64,000 nucleotides of DNA, from the IMG/VR virus record IMGVR_UViG_3300029319_000007; one strand, 5' to 3'. This DNA is from a virus. A model generated the notes under the pieces. It had not been told where the DNA came from. It did no database searches and saw nothing but the letters and a program-made list of their open reading frames with translations. The stretch's first letter is position 1. Every line of letters begins with the position of its first letter. Of this stretch, positions 55,206-64,000 are shown piece after piece. Made by a program: the position numbers and the translations under genes.

Positions 55206-55399
55206 ATATCTAAAAATTTTTTCCCATAAGTTGTTTGTTTTATAGAACTACGATCACTATTCTTTTGATCTTTTGCGTAATTGACACCCTTTACAGAATC
55301 TTGTAAATTTTGTAAACGCTTCTTCTCTAAAAGGTCATATAAATCAAGGGTTTTATTACTACGCAATACCTTCATTCTATGCTCTATCCAGTCTTTCAT
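55202..55399 (-). CDS. Hypothetical protein
   Basis: 65 aa, coupled to both neighbours. Confidence 0.45.
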   Translation of the reverse strand: MKDWIEHRMKVLRSNKTLDLYDLLEKKRLQNLQDSVKGVNYAKDQKNSDRSSIKQTTYGKKFLDI

Positions 55400-56754
55400 T
55401 ATAATCTACTCACTACTTCTGTAGGTGTTAAATTGACATCTTTATTGTTGTCTTCGATACTCTGCTGACCTTCTTCATATGCAAACTCTACAGACGATTT
55501 GATACAATCACAAGTTGTCACATAACCTTGAGGATCAACTCTATGATTGACACTTTCTATTATATATCGACCACTATCAAATACATCATACACTTCATCT
55601 GTGTTTGTTGTGTTAGGTTCGTGTCGAGGTAAATCTAATCTGATGACATCACCTGCCGCAAGATTACTATTACCATGCATTGATACTTTCACTCGTTTAA
55701 AATATGACGCAGTTTCACGAACACGATCAGGATCTTTTGAACCATTGTTTGTATAGTCATGTGTGTCGTTCTCGTCTATACTGTGAAGATACTTGTCGAA
55801 AGAGGAGAGAGATACGGTGCCATCGGAAAAATCGAATAATGATTGTGTATCTTTCTCTGGTGTTTTTGTGTATAACCCAAATCCATCGGCGTTCTTCGAT
55901 TGTTGATATGTTTCGTAAGATGAAACATTCTTTGTAAATGATTTACCTGTACGATTAAAAACATAGTGTGTATTGTTGAGTAAACCGTTTGATGTATCTC
56001 GTAATGTGTCTTGACCGCCTGTGACTATGAAAGATAATAATGTTCTCATTTCTGTAGGTGCGTCAACTCTTGGTCTTTGATACGCTGTAAAGAAACTTTC
56101 TACAACTTCTCTTGGTTCATTACCGTCAAACAATAATTCGTTCTTCGATACAAAGTTATAACCTCTATGATTTTCGTAGAATAGATAACCTGCTGTTGTG
56201 TGTTTCTTTGATATACTACGATTTGCACACATACGAATGAACTCGAAAGGGTGTCGATTATTACCCAACATATGTAAAAACTTACTACTTTCTTCTGTAA
56301 AGAAAGGTTTCTTTGTCTTCAATGTATTTTTTAATATCTTCTTGACGATCTGATCACTTGAACCTCTAAATGCACCTTTGATTCTTGTTTGTGAATTACG
56401 CATAGCGTCTATTGATATGAAGTGTAATTCATATGTTTGTTCAGTATTCTTTGTTGCAACAATATTGTCTATCTTGTATATGCGACCTCGTATTGTTTTG
56501 AAATCTATTTCTTCACATTCGTCATTTGTTCTTAGTCGAAACTCTATTTCTTCTTGACCTGTCATAGACATATTCGCACGGTGATTCATAGTATCACGCA
56601 TGATTAACGATCCTGACATGAAGGGTGAATGTATATCTTCGTAAATGTTTAACTCAATCATTAAATTACGAACTGAAACTCTAGGTAATAACTGACCTAC
56701 GATTTGTATATCGTTTAACTCGTACTCGCCAGCAGTAAAATCTTCATATTTCAT
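55399..56754 (-). CDS. Baseplate hub protein (gp27/phage late-control D-like)
   Basis: IYEDI..PF.SG.L...D, YLFYEN..GYNF, GNS.L.AGD.I, SGRYII..V.H. Confidence 0.78.
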   Translation of the reverse strand: MKYEDFTAGEYELNDIQIVGQLLPRVSVRNLMIELNIYEDIHSPFMSGSLIMRDTMNHRANMSMTGQEEIEFRLRTNDECEEIDFKTIRGRIYKIDNIVATKNTEQTYELHFISIDAMRNSQTRIKGAFRGSSDQIVKKILKNTLKTKKPFFTEESSKFLHMLGNNRHPFEFIRMCANRSISKKHTTAGYLFYENHRGYNFVSKNELLFDGNEPREVVESFFTAYQRPRVDAPTEMRTLLSFIVTGGQDTLRDTSNGLLNNTHYVFNRTGKSFTKNVSSYETYQQSKNADGFGLYTKTPEKDTQSLFDFSDGTVSLSSFDKYLHSIDENDTHDYTNNGSKDPDRVRETASYFKRVKVSMHGNSNLAAGDVIRLDLPRHEPNTTNTDEVYDVFDSGRYIIESVNHRVDPQGYVTTCDCIKSSVEFAYEEGQQSIEDNNKDVNLTPTEVVSRL

Positions 56755-56756
56755 TG

Positions 56757-57266
56757 TTATCTCTGTATGAGAAGTCTAAAATCATCAACAAATTTTGTCA
56801 CAAACGCACGGTCAAGTAATCTAATGCGTCTTTTCTTATCGTTCTCAATTTCTTCGTATTCATAGTTTGTAATTGCTGTCGCACCGTCTGTATCACTAGA
56901 CACAATTAATTTCTTTGTTGTATCGCCAGATGTCGCATTGATCTCATGATGGTGCGTAGCATTCGGGTTCGAATACTTATCGTTTACATACTGAGACAAT
57001 GCAACTTGATCTAGCGGCCAATCATAACGGGAGGTTATGTTGTTTATTGTCACAATTAACCAGTGTAATTCTGAATCACCGTAATATTTAAATGCGACTA
57101 TGTCGGGTTGTTCGCCGTCTTTGACATTATACTCGTCAAATGTAAGAGTATTGACTTTTACATTACTTTTTAGGTTGACACGGCGTAAAATATCTGTTAT
57201 AAGTGTCTGATCATCTGTATTCTGTAGATCATATTGATATAGAGGAAACTTTTCGAAGTATGCCAT
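56757..57266 (-). CDS. gp53: Baseplate wedge gp53 (LysM-like)
   Basis: YF.KFP, GEQPD.VA..YYG...LHW, DWPL, NYEYE...ND.KR.I.LL. Confidence 0.93.
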   Translation of the reverse strand: MAYFEKFPLYQYDLQNTDDQTLITDILRRVNLKSNVKVNTLTFDEYNVKDGEQPDIVAFKYYGDSELHWLIVTINNITSRYDWPLDQVALSQYVNDKYSNPNATHHHEINATSGDTTKKLIVSSDTDGATAITNYEYEEIENDKKRRIRLLDRAFVTKFVDDFRLLIQR

Positions 57267-58426
57267 TAGAATCCTGCCTTAATCATTTCTTTTGTCATTA
57301 CTTCTGTCTCTGTGAATTTAAGTGTCAAGTTTGTTTCAATGGGTGCAGGACTACCGTCAACTAGTCTAAAGTGTTGACTTTCACCGCCAGGACCAAAAGA
57401 TACATTAACACTATTACATACACACGAATGAATCATAGGATACCATTTGTTTTGTTGACCTTGATACATGTAAAATATATCAAACTCTGCAGGCATTCTA
57501 AAATGTCTACCTACTTTCTCACCGTACATACGCTCTGGCGCAGCATGAAACTTAAATAGTCGCACAATATCATCTACAACACGCACTTCGTTTTCAGATC
57601 GTGGTGTAAATCTAAAAGTGTACTCAAATTCTCTGAAACCTGTGCCTACAAATATTGCCTCTAACGCAGGATTAGGTGCTTCATTTAATATTTTATTCAG
57701 TTGTGCTGTTCCTTCTCCTAAACCTACGAACTCACCTACTTTCAATGCGCCTTTTTGTAATCCTATCTCACCTAAAACACTTGAAAGTGTAGCAGCGTTT
57801 TCTGCACCGCCTTGTGCTGCTAAAAAATCTCTTAACGATTGACCTTCTCCTAAAACACCTGCTGTTTGTGCTACTAAACCCGCAAGACCTGTCTCACTAT
57901 TTTTGTAATCATGCGAATACGATACAGATAAATTAGGTGGTAAATACAATGCGATTGTGTCTCTAGACTTTACAAAGTTTTCTTCACGCAAATTATAACT
58001 TGTACTAAAACCTGGTCTTTCATCTGCTGTCATATTAAATCTCTCTTTATCTTCGGGTATAATTTTACCTGAATTAGCAGTTTTAGATGAGAAATTTATA
58101 CCTTCAAATGCTTCTTCTGTAGTATCACCACCTCCTATTGGACTTTTACGAGCAGCAAAAGATTTAGTAGGACTTATGTACTTAGAGTTTTTTCTTTCAA
58201 AGACATGAAATAGAATATAATGACCAAAATCATTATTACCTAAATCTTCAGGATATTGATGAACAGCGTAAGAATAAGGATCGCCTTCTAAATTTAAGTG
58301 TGATGTGTCTGAACTACTATTCGCACCTCTACTTAGATCAGGTTTTTCTATTGGGTTCGCTTGTTTTGCTGCCCCAAATATATTACCTGTAATTCTATTC
58401 TTTAATCTCTGTAAACTGCTTGACAT
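57266..58426 (-). CDS. gp48: Baseplate tail tube cap gp48
   Basis: YPEDL, IALYLP, NP..E.IF.G..FR.F.Y.F.F.PRS..E, L.F.ETE. Confidence 0.9.
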   Translation of the reverse strand: MSSSLQRLKNRITGNIFGAAKQANPIEKPDLSRGANSSSDTSHLNLEGDPYSYAVHQYPEDLGNNDFGHYILFHVFERKNSKYISPTKSFAARKSPIGGGDTTEEAFEGINFSSKTANSGKIIPEDKERFNMTADERPGFSTSYNLREENFVKSRDTIALYLPPNLSVSYSHDYKNSETGLAGLVAQTAGVLGEGQSLRDFLAAQGGAENAATLSSVLGEIGLQKGALKVGEFVGLGEGTAQLNKILNEAPNPALEAIFVGTGFREFEYTFRFTPRSENEVRVVDDIVRLFKFHAAPERMYGEKVGRHFRMPAEFDIFYMYQGQQNKWYPMIHSCVCNSVNVSFGPGGESQHFRLVDGSPAPIETNLTLKFTETEVMTKEMIKAGF

Positions 58427-58438
58427 AATACTATTTAT

Positions 58439-58927
58439 CTAGTATAACGGAGGTATTGTAGACCAATGTTTCAATACATCCTCTGTTATAATCTGAAAAT
58501 TATAACCTCTTTTATCACAATACTTCTTACATGCTGTCCACTTCGCCTCGTTAATTACATATTGTTCTGCATTGTATCGCCATGATTTTGTCTTGCGTTT
58601 AGGTATTCTAGGGGGTTGTGTCTGTTTTTTTGGCTTGACTTCCCACACGGTTTCTGTTATATTACCTTCTTTGTTGCGATATTTAAGATAAACATCAGGA
58701 AAATACCTGTGTATTCTATTTGTCATAGGGTTTCGATAAGGTACAAAGAACTCCTCACTCGCCCATTTTATAATTGCAGGATTACTGTCTAAATACTTAA
58801 ACACAGTTAGTTCCCAAGATGATCTGTATATTATATTAGACGGATCACCCTTGTATTTGTTTGGATTTTTAGGTCTAAATTTACCTTGAACTAACATCTT
58901 ATTACTCATGCGTTTTATCTTCTTCAT
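58439..58927 (-). CDS. gp4: Head completion protein gp4
   Basis: P.NP.KY.GD...IIYRSSWE, WASEE, HRYFPD, EVKP..QT, N.AKW. Confidence 0.93.
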   Translation of the reverse strand: MKKIKRMSNKMLVQGKFRPKNPNKYKGDPSNIIYRSSWELTVFKYLDSNPAIIKWASEEFFVPYRNPMTNRIHRYFPDVYLKYRNKEGNITETVWEVKPKKQTQPPRIPKRKTKSWRYNAEQYVINEAKWTACKKYCDKRGYNFQIITEDVLKHWSTIPPLY

Positions 58928-58933
58928 TCTAAT

Positions 58934-58947
58934 TATTTAGATAAATA
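58934..58947. promoter_or_regulatory. Back-to-back late promoter variants for gp4 (-) and gp2 (+)
   Basis: CTAAATA on - and GATAAATA on + within a 25-nt gap between divergent ATGs. Confidence 0.6.
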
Positions 58948-58952
58948 GTCAT

Positions 58953-59477
58953 ATGGCGTCAATATTTGATACAATAAAACAACAAGCGGGTGACAAAGAA
59001 AAAAGTCTTAACTGGTACAAAGGTAAGATAAATGCTTTGTCAAGTAGAATATCTGCAAGTCGATTGATGAGAGATGGTAAGTTAAGAAAAGCACCTGTAT
59101 TCAATCGTCTTCACTTTTTTAGATATGACCCAAAGACAAAAGCAGTATTACCTTACTATGATTTGTTTCCGTTAGTCATGCCTATACAAACTGCACCTGG
59201 TGGTTTTTTAGGAATTAATTTTCACTATCTACCTATACCTGCAAGAATGGCATTATTAGAAGCGCTTGACAAAAAGAAGTTTAGAGGCAACTATAGTAAT
59301 TTAAAAAATTTAAAGTATATTAAACCTACTCTTAAACACTACTTGCGTTCACAATTTGTTTCAGGTTTTTTAGATTTAGAAGAAGATGATTACGCACCTG
59401 CAATATTCATGCCTGTTGCACAATGGAGAAAAGGCACACCATCACAAGTATATCGTGATAGTAGAAGGAGATATTAA
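58953..59477 (+). CDS. gp2: DNA end protector gp2
   Basis: YDPKTK..LPYYD.FPLV, GFLGINFHYL, KHYL. Confidence 0.93.
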   Translation: MASIFDTIKQQAGDKEKSLNWYKGKINALSSRISASRLMRDGKLRKAPVFNRLHFFRYDPKTKAVLPYYDLFPLVMPIQTAPGGFLGINFHYLPIPARMALLEALDKKKFRGNYSNLKNLKYIKPTLKHYLRSQFVSGFLDLEEDDYAPAIFMPVAQWRKGTPSQVYRDSRRRY

Positions 59478-59923
59478 TGAACAAATTAGGCGACCCAACA
59501 GATTTTAGTTATAGAGTAAACAAAGTAATCAAAGTTGTAGATGGTGATACAATAGATGTAATACTTGATATGGGTTTTGATATCATGTACAAACAAAGAG
59601 TAAGACTATTTGGTATTGATACACCAGAAAGTAGAACAAGAGATTTAGAAGAAAAGAAGTATGGTCTTCTATCTAAAAAGTTTTTACAAGAACACTTAAA
59701 AAGTGCTTCTCGTATTGCAATCAAAACTTACAAAGGCGATGAAACAGGAAAGTTTGGTCGTATATTAGGTGATGTATGGTGTGACGGTGTAAGTGTAAAT
59801 AAACTAATGTGTAAAAAAGGTTACGCTGTTGAATACTACGGTCAAAATAAAAATTTAGTAGAAGCAGCACACATGAAGAACAGAAAAAAATTAAACAAAT
59901 ACAATAGTAGGTTATCAGGTTAA
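59477..59923 (+). CDS. Staphylococcal nuclease (SNase)-like protein
   Basis: KVVDGDTID, RVRLFGIDTPE, GKFGRILG. Confidence 0.9.
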   Translation: MNKLGDPTDFSYRVNKVIKVVDGDTIDVILDMGFDIMYKQRVRLFGIDTPESRTRDLEEKKYGLLSKKFLQEHLKSASRIAIKTYKGDETGKFGRILGDVWCDGVSVNKLMCKKGYAVEYYGQNKNLVEAAHMKNRKKLNKYNSRLSG

Positions 59924-59926
59924 GTC

Positions 59927-60868
59927 ATGGCGATTTTTAGACAAGGCAAAAGAGTAGGACCCTTTGATATTCGTATCGGGTTACCTAGGGGTAGAGAATA
60001 CGACAATATCCCAGGCGATCCTAGAATAAAACAAAGAGCAAATCCTGAAACGACAATCAATCGTTTTCGTGCAGCAGTTTCAAGAGGTGAAGGTCTTGCA
60101 AGAAATACTCGTTTTCTAGTCAACATACAATTACCTAAAGGTAAAATATTACAAGAATTAATACAATCAACAAGTAGTAAAGCAAGATCAGGTATAATTA
60201 TAGATGATCAAGCAGCAGGTCCTATGCCTTATCTACAATCAGATAAAGTTATGTCACCTGACGCAGCATTACTATGCACAGACATTACAATGCCTGCAAG
60301 AACTTTTAACAATAGTCCATATCGTATTGCAGGTGCACCGTACAAATATCCTACACAGGTTCAATACGGTGATATAACTGCAACATTTATAGGTGATAAG
60401 TTTTTACGACTAAGAACTTTCTTCGAAATGTGGCAATCTACGATATATAATAATCAAACAGGTTTATTCAATTTCTATAAAGAATATATTGGTGATATTG
60501 ATGTATTTCAGTTAGGTCAATTTGATACAACTAATGATCGTGATGACGCAACATACGGTGTTAGACTTCGTGAAGCATATCCTACTGCAATAAATGAAAT
60601 ACCATATTCTTCAGGTGGTCAAAATGATTATGTTAAAATACAAGTCACATTTGCATATAGAGATTGGTTAAACTTTAATCTTGATGTTGATTCAGTCGGA
60701 AAAGTAGGCGGGTTATCAGCAGGAGAAGTAAAACCAGAAGGTGGATTCTTATCAAGTTTACCACCTGAATTAAGAAGGGTTGGGCGTAATGTGAGAGACA
60801 CATTGAAGCGTTCAATACCTATTGGAAGAGTTTTTGGTGGGAAGGTGTTTCCACCATTTACATTTTAA
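59927..60868 (+). CDS. Baseplate-tail tube initiator (gp54/gp19-like)
   Basis: GLAR..RF.V, C....MP, FFE.WQ, L.EAYP..I, VTFAYR.W. Confidence 0.78.
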   Translation: MAIFRQGKRVGPFDIRIGLPRGREYDNIPGDPRIKQRANPETTINRFRAAVSRGEGLARNTRFLVNIQLPKGKILQELIQSTSSKARSGIIIDDQAAGPMPYLQSDKVMSPDAALLCTDITMPARTFNNSPYRIAGAPYKYPTQVQYGDITATFIGDKFLRLRTFFEMWQSTIYNNQTGLFNFYKEYIGDIDVFQLGQFDTTNDRDDATYGVRLREAYPTAINEIPYSSGGQNDYVKIQVTFAYRDWLNFNLDVDSVGKVGGLSAGEVKPEGGFLSSLPPELRRVGRNVRDTLKRSIPIGRVFGGKVFPPFTF

Positions 60869-60887
60869 ATTATAAGGAGATAATATT

Positions 60888-61592
60888 ATGGCATTGCCAA
60901 AATTAAATACACAAACATTTGAGTTGAATGTTCCTAGCACAGATGAAAAAGTTAAGTACAGACCTTTTCTCGTTAAGGAAGAAAAAGTCTTACTACAAGC
61001 ACAACAAAGTGAAAAACCAGAAGAAATGGCAGACGCATTAGTTCAAGTAATTAACAACTGTACATTTAATAAAATAAATGCAGCACTTCTACCATCATTT
61101 GATATAGAGTATATCTTTTTAAAGATTAGATCAAAGTCAGTAGGTGAGAAAGTTGATTTAATGATTACATGTCCTGATGATAATGAGACAAAGGTAAAAC
61201 ACACAGTTGACTTATCAAAAGTAGAAGTTGAAGTAGATGAAGACCACAATAACACAATATCATTGACTGATAATGTAAGTGTTGTTATGAGTTATCCTAC
61301 AATCAAAACTTTTCAAGGTGCAAACTTACAAAACATGAATGCTGAAGAAATCATCAATCTAACAGGTCGTTGTATCTATCAGATTGTTGACGGCGTTGAA
61401 ACTTACGAAACAAAAGATTTAAATTCAAAGGAGATAGATGAGTTTTTAGAAAACTTAACACAAGATCAGTTTGCTAAAATTCAATCATTCTTTACTAGTA
61501 TGCCTAGATTAAAGCATGATGTAAAGGTGACTAATCCTAAAACAAAAAAGAAAGGTACGGTAACACTACAAGGTATGCAAAGTTTTTTTTAA
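60888..61592 (+). CDS. gp26: Baseplate hub assembly protein gp26
   Basis: MALPK, YRPFLVKEEK.LL, FDIEYIFLKIRSKSVGE, FF..MP.L. Confidence 0.93.
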   Translation: MALPKLNTQTFELNVPSTDEKVKYRPFLVKEEKVLLQAQQSEKPEEMADALVQVINNCTFNKINAALLPSFDIEYIFLKIRSKSVGEKVDLMITCPDDNETKVKHTVDLSKVEVEVDEDHNNTISLTDNVSVVMSYPTIKTFQGANLQNMNAEEIINLTGRCIYQIVDGVETYETKDLNSKEIDEFLENLTQDQFAKIQSFFTSMPRLKHDVKVTNPKTKKKGTVTLQGMQSFF

Positions 61593-61786
61593 TTTGCCTC
61601 GCACACATTGATTTAGAGGCGTATTATCAATTAAACTTTAACATGATACAACAACATCATTGGTCGTTGACTGAAATAGAAAACATGATACCTTATGAAA
61701 GAGAAATTTATTTAACTATGTTAAACGAACATATTAAAGAAGAAAATCGAAAGATGAAAGAGCAACAATCTAAAAGGGGTAGATAA
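61592..61786 (+). CDS. gp51: gp51-like baseplate hub assembly catalyst, in the -1 frame of gp26 (first ATG only at 61643)
   Basis: ICLAHIDLEAYYQLNFNMIQQHHWSLTEIENMIPYEREIYLTML...; SLTEIENM.P.ER.IY is the gp51 signature. Confidence 0.8.
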   Translation: MCLAHIDLEAYYQLNFNMIQQHHWSLTEIENMIPYEREIYLTMLNEHIKEENRKMKEQQSKRGR

Positions 61787-62134
61787 ATGGCAGACGAAGA
61801 AAAAAAGATAACAGTTGACGCAACGCCTGAAGTTAAAGAGGCAGATGTTAACGGTGATAATCACATCTCAGAAGCAGAGATGTCAATGATGTTAGAGGCA
61901 AAAAAGAAAAGACTAGAAGATGAAGACGCAATGCGTGACGCACAAAGAAATATGGCATGGTTTGCTTTAGCAGGTATGTTATTATATCCTTTTGCTGTCT
62001 TGATTGCAAGTTGGGTTGGTTTAGAAAGTGCAAGTAAGAATTTAGGTAGTATGGCACCTACTTACTTTGTATCAGTTGCAGCAATAGTTGCTGCCTTCTA
62101 TGGTAAATCTGCATACGAAAAGAAAAACAAGTAA
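61787..62134 (+). CDS. EF-hand-like, two-TM membrane protein (holin-like?)
   Basis: DVNGDNHISEAE loop; two hydrophobic helices. Confidence 0.6.
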   Translation: MADEEKKITVDATPEVKEADVNGDNHISEAEMSMMLEAKKKRLEDEDAMRDAQRNMAWFALAGMLLYPFAVLIASWVGLESASKNLGSMAPTYFVSVAAIVAAFYGKSAYEKKNK

Positions 62135-62140
62135 TAAAAA

Positions 62141-64000
62141 ATGGCTGATTTTAAAGATGTAGTTCTAAGGTTACAAGAGAACAAAAACGATAACAGACAA
62201 GCATTTGTAGAACAAACGCAAGAGTTATCTAAAGTTTTTGCTGAGAGTATTAAATCTCAGAATAGATCCTTTGGGCAATCTTTATCATTACAGACAAACA
62301 AAACAAATCAAACACTAACAAATATCGCTTCGACTTTACAAGGATTACAAAGTGTATTTACTGCTGATATGAAAGCAGACAAAGACTTTATAGGTCCTTT
62401 ACCTGAAGGTCAAGAACAAAATATAAATTCATTAACAGGCATATATGATGTCTTAGTTTCTATTGATACAAACTTAAAAGAACAATTTAATTATGATAAA
62501 AGAGCAGACAATGAAGCAGAAAGAAAAGCACTAAATCAACCAGGTGGTTTAGGGTCAGGTGCATTCCCAATACCTTTACCTGTCACAATGGAAAAAGGTA
62601 GTAAGGGTGGGATAGCAAAAATGTTTGGCGCTGCAGGTGCTCTTGCTGCTGGTGCTCTTGCAAGTGCAAAAGGTATTGCTACTATGGGTCTTGCAATATC
62701 TGCTTTCTTTGGTGGATTAGTATTAGGTAATGAAGCATTAGGTATGGCAAAAGAATCAGGTTTTGACTTTAACATGACTGCAACAAAAGACGCCGCTAAA
62801 GGTTTCTCTGGCATAGTGCAAGAGTTATCACCTGAAGCAATGATTGCATTAGGTGGTATTATTGCTGCTGGCGCTGTTGCAACAAAAGGTGGTGGTAGTG
62901 CTACAAAAATGGCACTAGGCGTAGGTCTCATGGGTGCTGCTATTACAGCATTCTTTGGTGGGTTGTTATTAGGTAATACAGTTCTTGAAGGTGTAGGTTC
63001 AGTTGTAGGTACAGACTTTAGTGGATTTAAAAAAGTCGTTGCAGGATTCGATAGTGTCATAAGTGAAATGTCAGATTCAACAATGCTTGTAATAGGTACT
63101 TTGATTGCTGCTGCTACAGTCGCAAGTTTTAAAACATCATTGAAAGGGCAGGCAATGGGTCTTGCTGTTGCCTCAATGGGACTTGCAATAACAGGTTTCT
63201 TTGCAGGTCTTGTTGCTGGGGATGCATTACTTGAAGGTATCTCTGTAATAGGTGGTAATTTAAATCTATCAAATTTAAAATCAGTTGTTATTGGATTCAA
63301 TGATGTCATAGGTGCATTGACTACAGAATCATTAACTGCATTAGGTGTTATCTTTGGATTATCGTTCTTAACAAGTTATGGTACAGCATCAAAGGCATTA
63401 AAAGTAGGATATGGTATGACTGCCATAGGTGCAGGTATATCAGGATTCTTTGTAGGACTTGCTGCAGGTGACGCTGCTTTATCATTCTTAGGCACAGACT
63501 TTACAGCATTACCTACTCTCATACAAAACTTTGGCGACGCTATAGGTAATCTTTCTGATCGTGCATTAGTTGTATTAGGTAGTTTATTAGGTGCAGGCGG
63601 TCTTATAGGAAAACTTGGTGGTGCAGGATCAGTAGCAATAGGTATGGGTGCGATAGGTGCTGGCATAGCAGCATTTTTCGCTGCATTTGGTGTTGCAGAT
63701 TTTGTTGCTGCAAATGTAGGTGATGGTAGTTCATTTGTAAACTTAGTAAAAAACTTTGGCGAAGCAATAGGTTCACTTGATACAACTGCTTTAATTGCAT
63801 TGGGTGGTTTATTAGGTGCAGGTGCAATCTTTGGTATGGTCCCAGGCGCTGCAGGTGCTGCTGCAATAGGTATGACAATGATAGGTGCTGGAATTGCAGG
63901 TTTCTTTTTAGCATTTGATGGTCTTGCAAAACTAGGTTCTGTTATTGGTGTTGATGGTTCATCAACTAAAAAACTTATTGAAAATATGGTTAGTGGTGTT
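62141..64000 (+). CDS. Tape-measure-like protein (5' part, runs off window)
   Basis: Open from ATG 62141 (MADFKDVV) to the end; helical N-terminus, then ~80-aa G/A-rich hydrophobic repeats (G.AI..FF.GL..G); follows gp26/gp51. Confidence 0.75.
   Translation, partial: MADFKDVVLRLQENKNDNRQAFVEQTQELSKVFAESIKSQNRSFGQSLSLQTNKTNQTLTNIASTLQGLQSVFTADMKADKDFIGPLPEGQEQNINSLTGIYDVLVSIDTNLKEQFNYDKRADNEAERKALNQPGGLGSGAFPIPLPVTMEKGSKGGIAKMFGAAGALAAGALASAKGIATMGLAISAFFGGLVLGNEALGMAKESGFDFNMTATKDAAKGFSGIVQELSPEAMIALGGIIAAGAVATKGGGSATKMALGVGLMGAAITAFFGGLLLGNTVLEGVGSVVGTDFSGFKKVVAGFDSVISEMSDSTMLVIGTLIAAATVASFKTSLKGQAMGLAVASMGLAITGFFAGLVAGDALLEGISVIGGNLNLSNLKSVVIGFNDVIGALTTESLTALGVIFGLSFLTSYGTASKALKVGYGMTAIGAGISGFFVGLAAGDAALSFLGTDFTALPTLIQNFGDAIGNLSDRALVVLGSLLGAGGLIGKLGGAGSVAIGMGAIGAGIAAFFAAFGVADFVAANVGDGSSFVNLVKNFGEAIGSLDTTALIALGGLLGAGAIFGMVPGAAGAAAIGMTMIGAGIAGFFLAFDGLAKLGSVIGVDGSSTKKLIENMVSGV

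Noticed and set aside
58439-58927. TnsA-like transposase or homing endonuclease
   Set aside because: Motifs and position opposite gp2 identify the core head completion protein gp4, which shares that fold
1-64000. tRNAs, CRISPR arrays, introns, inteins
   Set aside because: None recognised by eye; core genes are uninterrupted and gaps are short. A covariance-model scan would be needed to exclude small RNAs

Overview
AT-rich window from a T4-like (Tevenvirinae/Kyanoviridae-like) myophage, probably marine. The host is not identifiable from sequence, though low GC and a phage-borne porin fit a streamlined proteobacterial host (inference). It holds almost the whole virion morphogenesis region. Minus strand: gp3 (partial), gp23, gp22, gp21, gp67-like, gp20, gp19, gp18, gp17, gp16, gp15, gp14, gp13; a ~23 kb fibre/adhesin region; a 1996-aa DUF4815-like protein, gp8, gp7-like, gp6, gp25, PAAR; an accessory island (tiny ORFs, porin, two ParB-like proteins); then gp5, gp27-like hub, gp53, gp48, gp4. 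Plus strand: gp2, an SNase-like nuclease, a gp54/gp19-like protein, gp26, gp51-like, an EF-hand membrane protein and a tape-measure-like gene running off the window. Main observations: (1) five paralogous Gly/Pro-rich adhesin-like genes are interleaved in three blocks with six 2OG-Fe(II) oxygenases, suggesting a phage system that hydroxylates its own virion proteins; (2) a translationally coupled micro-operon missed by the ORF track: Lys-rich peptide, 31-aa Cys8/His3 metallothionein-like peptide, basic peptide, PAAR; (3) a candidate -1 frameshift joining gp26 to gp51 just upstream of the tape measure gene; (4) many late promoters only 5-6 nt from the ATG, implying leaderless mRNAs; (5) a cupredoxin-like copper motif in a fibre protein; (6) an 18-bp direct-repeat-bounded mini-gene cassette. 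No tRNA, CRISPR, intron, intein or reverse transcriptase was recognised. Family assignments come from motif recognition and synteny, not database searches.
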